A DNA stretch of 64,000 nucleotides from the NCBI GenBank assembly GCA_046263085.1, contig JBHELK010000080.1, positions 6,852 through 70,851 of the forward strand. Direction: 5' to 3'. The stretch comes from Actinomycetota bacterium (GTDB lineage Bacteria > Actinomycetota > UBA4738 > JACQTL01). Numbering within the stretch: position 1 is the stretch's first letter; each line of letters begins with the position of its first letter. The translations under genes and the position numbers were made by a program. Below the pieces are notes generated by a model, which made no database searches, had not been told where the DNA came from, and saw nothing but the letters and a program-made list of their open reading frames with translations. Positions 49,479-58,565 of this stretch are shown here, piece by piece.

Positions 49479-50809
49479 CCCGCCGCCTCCAGACGCGCGA
49501 GCGTCCGCGCTGCGCGTGAGGAGTAGCGGATCGAGAAGTGGGGGTTGATCCGGAGCGCCCGCTGCAGATCGGCGAGGCCGACCGCCGTATGTTGCAGTGC
49601 GAGCTCGATCATCCCTGCGTGGAAGAAGATCAGCGCGTTCCGGGAGCCGAGCCGCAGCGCGGATCGAGCGAAGACGAGCGCCCGGCCCGGTCGCCCGGCC
49701 TTGAAGAGCGCCCAGGCCATCGCGTCGGCGACCAGGATGCCGTGGCGGCGCGACCACTCGATGCGGGCCTCCCGCACCGCCCGGCGCGGATCCCCGTGGT
49801 CGGCGTCGAAGAGCGCGAGCTCCAGATCGACGTTCACGCCGGCCGCCCTGAACAGCCGTTCCTCCGCCCGGACGAGCGCGTACTCGCGACCGGCGGACTC
49901 GTGATCACCGCCCCCTGCCTCGAGGTCACCGAGCGCGATCGCGTACTCGGGGAGCGGGTATCGCTGCACGATCACGCGATACCGACTGATGGCCACGAGC
50001 GGATGACCGGTCGCCCACGCCACCTTCGCCAGCCCCGCGCGGGGCGGGAAGTACATGGGCGCCAGCTGCGTCGCTCGCCCGTACCAGTGACCGGCCCGTT
50101 GGGGACGGCCGCTGTTGAAGAAGAGCTCGCCGAGCTGGTACGCGGCGAAGGCCTGGTCCGATGGATCGCCCGCCGCGCCGAGGGCTCGTCGCATCACGGC
50201 GATCGCGCCGGACACGTCACCCTGGAGCTCGCGCGCGTACGACACACGCGCGTAGGAGGCGAGGTCCGGCCGCAGGTCGATCATCCGCTGGAGGGTGGCG
50301 AACGCCTGCGGGTACCGGCCCAGCTCGACCTCGGCGTCGCCGATCACCCCGTAGACCCCGGCGTTGAAGGGGTCGACCGCCCGGGCCCGTTCGCCCCACG
50401 CGAGAGCACCCCCGAAGTCGTGCCGGGCGAGAGCGAGCGCCCCGAGGCCCGTGTAGCCGGCAGCGTTGTCGGGGCACCGCAACGCGAGGGTCCGGTTCAG
50501 GACGCCCTGCGCTTTCGGGTAGTAGCCAGGGTCGGCGGTGAGCCGCGCCTGCGCCACATAGGCGAGCCCGAGGCTCGCGGTCGCGAGGCAGTCGTGCGGA
50601 AAGGCCTGCAGCCTCGCCTGCAGCCGATCGATCGTCTCCCCCAGGGATGCCGCTCCCTGCAGCGGATTCGCCGGCACCAGGACGTCCCGGCCCGCGGGCC
50701 GGAACGAGGCGCCCGGCTGGCTTCCACGACCGGTCCCCACCGCGGCGCCCAGCAGCACCACCACGGCCGCACCGGCCGCGATCACCGCGAAGGTCCCCGG
50801 CCTGCGCAT
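49475..50809 (-). CDS. Membrane-anchored TPR-repeat protein.
   Basis: 444 aa. N-terminal TM helix (MRRPGTFAVIAAGAAVVVLL) followed by at least six TPR-like helical pairs. Confidence 0.7.
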   Translation of the reverse strand: MRRPGTFAVIAAGAAVVVLLGAAVGTGRGSQPGASFRPAGRDVLVPANPLQGAASLGETIDRLQARLQAFPHDCLATASLGLAYVAQARLTADPGYYPKAQGVLNRTLALRCPDNAAGYTGLGALALARHDFGGALAWGERARAVDPFNAGVYGVIGDAEVELGRYPQAFATLQRMIDLRPDLASYARVSYARELQGDVSGAIAVMRRALGAAGDPSDQAFAAYQLGELFFNSGRPQRAGHWYGRATQLAPMYFPPRAGLAKVAWATGHPLVAISRYRVIVQRYPLPEYAIALGDLEAGGGDHESAGREYALVRAEERLFRAAGVNVDLELALFDADHGDPRRAVREARIEWSRRHGILVADAMAWALFKAGRPGRALVFARSALRLGSRNALIFFHAGMIELALQHTAVGLADLQRALRINPHFSIRYSSRAARTLARLEAAG

Positions 50810-50894
50810 CCTCACTCCCCCCGAGACGGAGGAGGACCCGGTGCTCGGCACCGGGCCCTCCTCGTCGATCCGATGGCGCAGACGGCGCAAGGGC

Positions 50895-52316
50895 TCAGCT
50901 GTGCGGGTCGGGATCGGACCCCGCGTGCGGCAGCGCGAGGTACGGGAACGCGGCCCCGAACGCGAGATCGTTCGCGTCCACACCGTCACCGAGCATGTCC
51001 ACGACCGGCGGGTGATCGGCGATGAGCTTGCCCTCGAGGACCTGCAGCGTGATGTCGATGACGTCGTCGGCCAGTCGCCGCCCGTTCGGGAAGCCAGCCG
51101 TATCCCCGCCCACCGCGCCGAGCGGCGAGTACGCCTCGCACACGCCCGGCTCGCACGGCGCGATCGACATGTTCAGACGGAGCTCGTCCGACGGCGTGAC
51201 GGACGGCGGCTTGTTGAGGCCGTCGATGCCGGTGGCCAGCACGAGCAGATCGTTGCGGGGCTCGGCGGGCGCCTCGACCCCGTACAGGGCCTCGACGAGC
51301 TTCGGGACCTCCGGCGAGAGGATGAACCCTGCGATCTCGGCCAGGTCGCTGGTCGGCTTCGACGCGTTGAACCGGTTCTTCAGGCCGACCGGAACGACCG
51401 CCTCGTTGATCAGGGGAAGGCCCAGCCGCGAGATCTGCACGAAGTCGCCCTTCGAGGACACAGTCCCCTTCGAGGTCTGGACCCTCGTGCTCCGCCGCTC
51501 GGCGGTGGTCCACACGCCGATCACCGGGTTGTCGGCGGCGTTCCCACCGAGGGCCAGGTCGTCCTTCGGAACCTGGATCGCCGTGGTGTGGATGTTGAAC
51601 CCCTTCAGGGTGTCCGCGCCCGTCTCGGAGAACGCGCTGTCACCGCCGTTGCAGCCGGGGTACGGCGCCTGGCACCCGTAGAGGAGATCGAAGATCCGCA
51701 GGTCGAGGAAGAACGGGTCGTCCCCCGGTCCCGCATAGGTCTGACCGGCCCCGTCCTCGATCGAGCGGACGGCCTGGGTCCGAAGCGTGCCGTAGTCGGG
51801 CATGGAGGCGACGCCGACGTCCACCGGAGCCACCAGGGCGTCCCTGAGGAGTGTCGATGGCCTCTCGCCGGCGTCGATCTCGGTCAGCGTGTAGGTCTGA
51901 TAGAAGTTCAGCGCAGGGTCGTTGATCGACGTGACCGGTCCCGTGTTGTACAGGAACGTGTTCGGGTTGCGCCGGTGATTGGCGAAGACCCATCGGTAGA
52001 TCACGTCCGCCTTCGCGTCACCGTCGTTGTCGATCCTGATGTCGTAGCGCACGCCGGGCGCGAACGAGTAGAAGTTGGGGCCCCCGGCCGGTTCCTCGAA
52101 CGGGATCCAGTTGCTGATCAAGGTCACCGTGTCGGGTTTGTCCGGACTGACGAACGCGTAGAGGTCCGTGCCGTCCACCTGTGGGTCTGCGGACAGCAGC
52201 GGCGCCTCGCGGTGACTGGACGCGCCACTCGGCAGCGAGCCCAATGCGAAGACGCCTGCCGTGAGCAGTAAGGCGACGGCGGATGCAAGCGAGACAACGC
52301 GGAGCTTGACGTTCAC
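50895..52316 (-). CDS. Secreted DUF4331-family protein.
   Basis: GTG start with a GGGGGG Shine-Dalgarno sequence. Signal peptide, then HREAPLLSADPQVDGTDLYAF, characteristic of DUF4331. Confidence 0.7.
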   Translation of the reverse strand: MNVKLRVVSLASAVALLLTAGVFALGSLPSGASSHREAPLLSADPQVDGTDLYAFVSPDKPDTVTLISNWIPFEEPAGGPNFYSFAPGVRYDIRIDNDGDAKADVIYRWVFANHRRNPNTFLYNTGPVTSINDPALNFYQTYTLTEIDAGERPSTLLRDALVAPVDVGVASMPDYGTLRTQAVRSIEDGAGQTYAGPGDDPFFLDLRIFDLLYGCQAPYPGCNGGDSAFSETGADTLKGFNIHTTAIQVPKDDLALGGNAADNPVIGVWTTAERRSTRVQTSKGTVSSKGDFVQISRLGLPLINEAVVPVGLKNRFNASKPTSDLAEIAGFILSPEVPKLVEALYGVEAPAEPRNDLLVLATGIDGLNKPPSVTPSDELRLNMSIAPCEPGVCEAYSPLGAVGGDTAGFPNGRRLADDVIDITLQVLEGKLIADHPPVVDMLGDGVDANDLAFGAAFPYLALPHAGSDPDPHS

Positions 52317-52472
52317 GATCCAACCCCCCTCGTGAGAGCACGAGCCGCTCCATCTGCGACGGATCGGATCTCCAGCCGATCCGAAGGCGGCTCGCGAGTG
52401 CTTCGCGCTCATGCCGCGCTCGGATCACATCGCGGTGGAGAATCTCGGACGATCAGGAGGGACGGTGATCGG

Positions 52473-52607
52473 TCAGCGAACGTCGGCGAGCAGCAGCTCG
52501 CCACGGGCACGGGCCTCGTTGGCGAGGCGGAGGTGCTCCTCCCGGAACTGTGGCCGGCGTTCCATGTAGTCCTCGGCCACGTCGTAGAAGAGCAGGGAGT
52601 AGCCCAT
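52473..52607 (-). CDS. 44-aa ORF resembling the N-terminal half of a YciI-like protein; possible truncated gene.
   Basis: MGYSLLFYDVAEDYMERRPQFREEHLRLANEARARGELLLADVR. Its ATG overlaps the thioesterase stop (ATGA). Confidence 0.35.
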   Translation of the reverse strand: MGYSLLFYDVAEDYMERRPQFREEHLRLANEARARGELLLADVR

Positions 52608-53113
52608 CAGGCGTCCTCACCACGGGCAGCGCGGATCGCCGCCTGGTGCGCGAGCCGGGCCTCGCGGCGAAGCTTCGCCTCCCGCTGCCGCTGTTGTTGC
52701 TCCTCGGTTTCGGCCACGAGCGGCGGTACCGGGCGCGGCTTGCCCTCCTGGTCGAGAGCCACGAACACCAGGTACGCGCTCGAGCAGTGGACCCTGCGGC
52801 CCGAGTAGTAGTTCTCGGCGTCCACGCGCACCCCGACCTCCATCGACGTCCGTCCGACGTCGTTGACCATTGCCCGCACCGTGACGACCTCACCGAGGAA
52901 GATCGGCTCGAGGAAGGACATCTCGTCCATGGCCACCGTGACCACGCGACCCCTGCAGTGCTTGTGCGCAGCGAGGCCGCCGGCGGTGTCGACCAGGCGC
53001 ATGATCACCCCGCCGTGGACGTTGCCGGAGAGGTTGGCATCGCCCACGTCCATGACCTGGACGAGCGCAACCTCCGACTCGGCGGCCGCCCGCGGTGTGA
53101 GGTCGAAGTCCAT
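52607..53113 (-). CDS. Acyl-CoA thioesterase (hotdog fold, YciA-like).
   Basis: VMDVGDANLSGNVHGGVIMRLVDTAGG motif of the YciA-type thioesterase. Confidence 0.85.
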   Translation of the reverse strand: MDFDLTPRAAAESEVALVQVMDVGDANLSGNVHGGVIMRLVDTAGGLAAHKHCRGRVVTVAMDEMSFLEPIFLGEVVTVRAMVNDVGRTSMEVGVRVDAENYYSGRRVHCSSAYLVFVALDQEGKPRPVPPLVAETEEQQQRQREAKLRREARLAHQAAIRAARGEDA

Positions 53114-53137
53114 CGAGTCGGATGCTAGACGACCGGC

Positions 53138-55705
53138 TCAGGCCACGAACTCGACGGTGCTCCCCCGTTGCGACTTGCGGATCTCGAGCCGGGGGAACTG
53201 CTCGGCGAGCTCGCGAACGTGCGTGATGACGCCCACCAGCCGCCCGTCGCCGGCCAGCTGCTCGATGGCGTCGACGACGATCCGCAGTGCCTCGGGATCG
53301 AGCGTGCCGAAGCCCTCGTCCAGGAAGAGACTGTCGAGCCGGGCCCGCTCGGTCACCGACAGGGACCGGACCTGCTCGGACAGCGCGAGCGCGAGACACA
53401 GCGATGCCAGGAACGTCTCGCCGCCGGACAGCGTGCGAACGCTGCGCTCCTCGTCGCCGTTCCACGTGTCGACGACCGAGAACTCGTCGCCGGCGCACGT
53501 CAGGCGATACCGGCCACCCGAGAGCGTCGCCAGGCGCTCCGACCCGGCCGCGGCGAGGACCTGCAGCGCCTCGGCCTGAAGGAACGCGATCACATGGTCG
53601 GCGCGCAGCTCCGCAGCGAGTGCCCGCAGCCTGCCGCCCCGAGTCTCCCGCGCGGACGCCTCCTCCTCCATGGTGGCGCGTGTCGCCAGGCGCTGGTCGA
53701 GCGTCTCCGCGGACTGCTCCGCAGTGGCTGCCTCCTCGCCGGCCCGTCGGATCCCGTCGTTGAGCTCGGCCGCGAGCGTCGGCAGGTCCTCGGCACCGGA
53801 GCCGACTTCGCCGGCGAGCGCTCTCGCCTTGTCCAGGAGCGCGGCCTCCTCCTGTGACCGGCCGGCAACCCGTTCCTCCACTGCCGTGGAGAACGTGTCG
53901 AGGCCATCGGCGGTCTTCTCGGCGTGTGCCGCGAGGGCCTCCGGCTTCGCGGTTGACGCCGGGATCCGCGGCAGACGCGGCACGGCGACCTGCACGTTGG
54001 TCGCGCGGCGAGCCCGTTGCACGAGCGGCCCAACGTCGAACTCGAGCCGCGCGCGGTCGGCTGCGATCTCCGCACGTACTTCGGTGACCTCTCGTTCCGC
54101 GGCGTCACGCGCTCGCGTGGCCTCCTCGGCCGCGGTGACAGCGAGGCGCTCCGCCTTGGCAAGGCCCTCGAGGGCCGAGATCCGCTCGCTCAGCACCGCG
54201 ACGGGGTCGAGCGGAACACCCTCCTCGAACGCGGCGGCGATCGGGGATCCGGCTTCCTCGAGCTCCTTCGAATCCCTCGTGATATCGGCCTCGAGCCGTC
54301 CGAGTGTCGTGCGGGCCTCGTGGAGATCGCGCGCAGCGGTGTCGCGCAGGCGTTCGGCGTCACGGTGCGCATTCGCGGAGCGCTTCGCCTCGCGCTCGGC
54401 CGCCGTCACCCCGGAAGCCGCGGCCTGCACCGCCCGCGGCGCCGGACGCTTCGGCGGCGCGGAGAGCGCCTGGCCGCACACGGGGCACGGGTCACCCTTC
54501 TTCAATCCGGCCGAGAGCGACGCCGCGAGGTCCTCGTGCATGGCGAGTTCGCGACGCTCCACGGCCGCCTGCAAGGCCTCCTGCGCCTGCAGCTCGATGG
54601 CTGCGGCGACCGAGAGCTGCTCCGAGCTCGCCGCGAGCGCCTTCTCGAGGTCCGCCACGGCCGCCTCCGTTCCCTCACGCTCGCCACGAGCCCGTTCGAC
54701 GCGCGTGGAAACGGCCGCCAGGCCCCGGGCCAGCTCCCGCAACGCGGCGATCTCGGTGGCGGTTCCCCATCGCTCCTCCGCCGCCACGACGTCGTCCGCG
54801 GCCTTGCGCGCTGCGCCCTCCGCCCGCTTCATCTCGGTTTCGCGAAGGGCCAGCGACTCCCCGGCCACCTGCATCCGATCCGCAAGATCCAGCAGCGACG
54901 CACCGACCTCCCGGAACCGATCGGCCTGCGTCCGGGCCTCCGACACGCAGGCCAGCAGGTCTCCAGCCGCCCTCCGCCCCGACTGGTAGCGCTCGAGCAG
55001 CTCGAGGACCTTCGCTCCGGCGCCGGCCAGCTTGCGCTCCCTGGCCCTGGCCGCCTTCGCCCCGCGCCTGGCGTCCTTCGCGGCCTCAGCCGTCACGCCG
55101 GCGTACTCGCGATCGAGGAGCTCGCGCATGCTCTCCGCCCGCAGGCGCTCCTCCTTGCCGAGCTGGTTCGCGTGCTTCGCCATCCGCTCGAAGATCGACA
55201 GCCCGAGGAGCTCGGTGAGGATGTCGCGGCGCTCCTTGGGATCGCCGGTGAGGAACTCGGCGAACCTGCCCTGCGGCAGCAGGACCGAGCGCGTGAACGC
55301 CGTGTAGTCGAGCCCGATGAGCCGGCGCACGATCTCGTTGCTCTCGCGGACGCGGTCGGCGCCCTCGCCGTGCTGCACCCACCCGTCGCCGTCTGCCCGC
55401 TCCAGCATCACCTTGGTGGCACCGGTCCGCGCGGGCGTCGAACGCGTGATGCGGTAGCGGTCGGCACCCACCGCGAACTCCAATGTCACGGCGAGCCGCG
55501 GCTGCCCCTGGCTGACGAGCTGCCCCACCTGCCTGCCCACGCGCTCCACATAGCCGAAGAGCGCATAGGTCATGGCGTCGAGGATCGAGGACTTGCCCGA
55601 CCCGGTCTCTCCCGCGATGGCGAAGACGTCGAGCTCGGTGAAGTCGATGTTCTGCTCGTCTCGGAACGCGGTGAACCCCTTCACCCTCAGTCGCAGCGGC
55701 CTCAC
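53138..55705 (-). CDS. sbcC: SbcC/Rad50-like SMC ATPase.
   Basis: N-terminal Walker A GETGSGKSS. Long coiled coils with a central CPVCGQAL zinc hook. C-terminal signature LSGGETFLASLCLALAL and Walker B LFLDEGFG. Confidence 0.92.
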   Translation of the reverse strand: MRPLRLRVKGFTAFRDEQNIDFTELDVFAIAGETGSGKSSILDAMTYALFGYVERVGRQVGQLVSQGQPRLAVTLEFAVGADRYRITRSTPARTGATKVMLERADGDGWVQHGEGADRVRESNEIVRRLIGLDYTAFTRSVLLPQGRFAEFLTGDPKERRDILTELLGLSIFERMAKHANQLGKEERLRAESMRELLDREYAGVTAEAAKDARRGAKAARARERKLAGAGAKVLELLERYQSGRRAAGDLLACVSEARTQADRFREVGASLLDLADRMQVAGESLALRETEMKRAEGAARKAADDVVAAEERWGTATEIAALRELARGLAAVSTRVERARGEREGTEAAVADLEKALAASSEQLSVAAAIELQAQEALQAAVERRELAMHEDLAASLSAGLKKGDPCPVCGQALSAPPKRPAPRAVQAAASGVTAAEREAKRSANAHRDAERLRDTAARDLHEARTTLGRLEADITRDSKELEEAGSPIAAAFEEGVPLDPVAVLSERISALEGLAKAERLAVTAAEEATRARDAAEREVTEVRAEIAADRARLEFDVGPLVQRARRATNVQVAVPRLPRIPASTAKPEALAAHAEKTADGLDTFSTAVEERVAGRSQEEAALLDKARALAGEVGSGAEDLPTLAAELNDGIRRAGEEAATAEQSAETLDQRLATRATMEEEASARETRGGRLRALAAELRADHVIAFLQAEALQVLAAAGSERLATLSGGRYRLTCAGDEFSVVDTWNGDEERSVRTLSGGETFLASLCLALALSEQVRSLSVTERARLDSLFLDEGFGTLDPEALRIVVDAIEQLAGDGRLVGVITHVRELAEQFPRLEIRKSQRGSTVEFVA

Positions 55706-56865
55706 GGCGAGTCCCCCTGCACGGCGACGAGGACCTCGTCGAACGTCTTCAGCAGCGTCTCGTCGGGCTCCGCGCCGTGCGTGTGGCGGAAGTAGGCCAG
55801 GAACTGTTCGCGCGGGGCGAGGCTCGACACGGGGGCGCCGTCGGGGTCCGCGTCGGCGCGTTCGTAGACCAGATGGACATCCAGCGCGTTCGGCAGCGCC
55901 TCTCTCACCCGCTCCGCGACCCCCGGGACCGGGCCCTCAGTGTTCAGGAACACGCGCAGGTAGGCGTCACCGAGATCGGGCCCCCGCGCGGCGACCTCGT
56001 CGAACGTGCCGGTGACATCGACGAGCTTGCGGCCGGCCGAGAGCGGGACCTCCCGGGCCTTCGCGGGCTTCCCCACGGCGACGTCGACGATGGTCACGGA
56101 CTTCCCCTGCTCGCGCTCGCCGAAATCGAGCTGCAGCAGCGACCCCGAGTACCTGGCCGGCGCCGGAGCCCCCTTCACCGGCTGCGGCTTGTGGATGTGG
56201 CCGAGGGCGATGTAGGACGCCGTGCCCGGCAACCGTGACGGCGAGACCGCGTACTCGAGCCCCGTCTTCACCTCGCGTTCGCCGCCGCCCAGCAGGGCGC
56301 CGTCGGTGAAGAGGTGGGCCATCAACACGTTGGGGCGGTCGGGGCGGAACGCGCCTGCCATGGCGCCGAGCAAACGGCCGACCCCTTCGGCGTAGGACTG
56401 GTACCACGTCTCGGTGGCGTCGAAGAGCGCGGCGGCGTCGCCGAAGCGCCGTTCCGGCACGAAGGGCACGCAGGCCACCAGGGCGGCCTCGCTGCCGTCG
56501 CGAGACGGGATCTCCACGACCGAGCCCCGATCAGGGGGCGCCACCCTCGGCACCGCGTGGACGTCGATGGATCGGAGAACGCGGGCGAAGGCCTGGAGTC
56601 GCAACGCCGAATCGTGGTTCCCGGAGATCGCCACCACGGGGATCCGCGCCTCGTGCAGGCGGACCAGGGTCTCGAACACGAGCGCATCGGCATCCGGGCT
56701 CGCGACGCGGTGCTCGTAGAGATCGCCGGCGATGAGGACGGCGTCGACCCCCTCCTGCTGCGCGATGCCGACGACCTCAGCGAGGACCTGCGCGAACTCG
56801 TCGTGGCGCGACCGGCCACGGATGGCCTTGCCGACGTGCCAGTCGCCGGTGTGAAGGAGTCGCAA
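55702..56865 (-). CDS. sbcD: SbcD/Mre11-like nuclease.
   Basis: Phosphoesterase motifs MRLLHTGDWHVG, GDLYEH and GNHD. Confidence 0.92.
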   Translation of the reverse strand: MRLLHTGDWHVGKAIRGRSRHDEFAQVLAEVVGIAQQEGVDAVLIAGDLYEHRVASPDADALVFETLVRLHEARIPVVAISGNHDSALRLQAFARVLRSIDVHAVPRVAPPDRGSVVEIPSRDGSEAALVACVPFVPERRFGDAAALFDATETWYQSYAEGVGRLLGAMAGAFRPDRPNVLMAHLFTDGALLGGGEREVKTGLEYAVSPSRLPGTASYIALGHIHKPQPVKGAPAPARYSGSLLQLDFGEREQGKSVTIVDVAVGKPAKAREVPLSAGRKLVDVTGTFDEVAARGPDLGDAYLRVFLNTEGPVPGVAERVREALPNALDVHLVYERADADPDGAPVSSLAPREQFLAYFRHTHGAEPDETLLKTFDEVLVAVQGDSP

Positions 56866-56868
56866 GCC

Positions 56869-58530
56869 CTACTCCCCCTCGAAGGCCCCGAACGGATCGG
56901 CGTCGCCGTCGACCGCGGCGGCCTCGTCGGATCTCGTGGCCCAGGAGGGGAAGGGGAACCGGACCTGGATGGGGATGGGGATGTGCGGTTGCTGCAGGAT
57001 CATCGACCCCGGTTTCAGGATCGACGCCCGGGCGCGCGTGACCGCCGGCATGAACCCGTACTCACTTCGCGCGGCCTCGGCCGTGTCGAGCCGGCCGACC
57101 ACCCGGAACGCCGAGTTCGCGATGATGCGCCGCTCCACCTCGGACGCCGTCTGCTCCGCGCCGACCAGGATCATCCCGAGCGAGCGACCCCGCTCGGCGA
57201 CGTCGAGCAAGACCTCCTTGATCGGGGACCAGCCCTCCCGCGGCGCGTACCGGTTGAGCTCGTCCAGCACGAGGAACGCCAGCGGCTCACGGCGGCCCAT
57301 GCGCTCCTTGTGCTCGAACAGTCGCTTGATCACGACACCGGTGACGAATCGCTTCGCCTTGTCGTGAAGGTTGTGGATGTCCACCACCGTGACCTGGTTC
57401 GCATCCCAGTCGATGCGGTGCGCGGCGGCATTCTCGGCATCGCGGCCCCAGATCAGGTGGCCCATGCGGAAGCGCGCCGCGTCGAGGCGGCGCACGAACG
57501 CCGCGACGGTTGCGTCCGACACCCTCCCTCGCCAGGGCGAGCCGTCGTCCTCGACGTTCGCCGTGATGGTGGTGCAGAGTTCCTCGAACGACCTGATCGG
57601 GTAGCCGGAGTGGACGACCGTCGCATCGTGATCGGGGTCGTCCTCGCACTCCCGGTCGAGGTAGGACTCGACGCGCGCCACGAGGTCCGCGATCTGTGAG
57701 CGCTCGTCCTCCGCCTCGGCGAACATGAACCGGAGGAACCGTTCGCGGATGAACTCGCGAACGGTCCAGTAGTACGCGGTGACGCCCTCGGAGCGCCCCT
57801 CCACCTGCGGGATGGCCTGGCCCCCCGTGCCGAACCGGACCGGCGCCCACAGCCCGACGGACTCGAACGCACCGACGGGGATGCCAAGCTGCTCGTAGTC
57901 CTCCCGATCCCGCTGCGACAGCCGCGTGTTCGGCTTGTCGAGCCACATGAGGTCCTCGCCCTTCACGTTGAAGACGATGGCCTTCGTGTTCGTGCGGTAC
58001 CCGCCGAGGACCGGCGAGTGGAACAGGGCGTACAGCAGGAACAGCGCGTACGTGGTCTTCGTGGCGACGCCGGAGACACCGGAGATGTTGACGTGCGCTC
58101 CGCGGGAGCCGTCCAGGAAGTCGAGGTCGAGGAACATCGGCTCGCCGTCGCGCGACAGGCCGGCGGGGATGCGGCGCTCCATCTGATCGAAGTACAGGGC
58201 CTCGTCGCGGTCCTTGCCGCGGGCGCGGAAGGCCTGCAGGCCCGGCATGGGCGGCACGAAGATCTCCGGCTCGAACCGGGTGGCGACGACCTGCGCCGCA
58301 ACCGCGGTCTCCACGGGCAGGACGCCGCGCTCCACCAGGAAGACGTCGGTGTCGAACGACGCGCCCTCGTGACGGGCCCGGACGTCCTGGACGATCCCGG
58401 CCACCCGCATGTTCCCCCGCCCGGGTACCTGGGTGTCCACGATCACCGGGTCGTCGAGCTGGAGATAGGAATCCGGCGCCACCCCCACCCAGAAGGTCAG
58501 CGGCGTGGCGTCCTCGGTTCCGAGCACCAT
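56869..58530 (-). CDS. HerA-like ATPase (HAS-barrel N-terminus, FtsK/HerA-type core) with a non-canonical P-loop.
   Basis: HAS-barrel-like N-terminus (LTFWVGVAPDSYLQLDDPVIVDT...MRVAGIVQDV). Walker-B-like FLVLDELNRYAP. The P-loop region GVSGVATKT is degenerate. An alternative upstream ATG at 58590 would overlap nurA by 25 nt. Confidence 0.55.
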   Translation of the reverse strand: MVLGTEDATPLTFWVGVAPDSYLQLDDPVIVDTQVPGRGNMRVAGIVQDVRARHEGASFDTDVFLVERGVLPVETAVAAQVVATRFEPEIFVPPMPGLQAFRARGKDRDEALYFDQMERRIPAGLSRDGEPMFLDLDFLDGSRGAHVNISGVSGVATKTTYALFLLYALFHSPVLGGYRTNTKAIVFNVKGEDLMWLDKPNTRLSQRDREDYEQLGIPVGAFESVGLWAPVRFGTGGQAIPQVEGRSEGVTAYYWTVREFIRERFLRFMFAEAEDERSQIADLVARVESYLDRECEDDPDHDATVVHSGYPIRSFEELCTTITANVEDDGSPWRGRVSDATVAAFVRRLDAARFRMGHLIWGRDAENAAAHRIDWDANQVTVVDIHNLHDKAKRFVTGVVIKRLFEHKERMGRREPLAFLVLDELNRYAPREGWSPIKEVLLDVAERGRSLGMILVGAEQTASEVERRIIANSAFRVVGRLDTAEAARSEYGFMPAVTRARASILKPGSMILQQPHIPIPIQVRFPFPSWATRSDEAAAVDGDADPFGAFEGE

Positions 58531-58565
58531 CCCCACGGCCTCACTCACCTGCTCGTGCGATTCGT

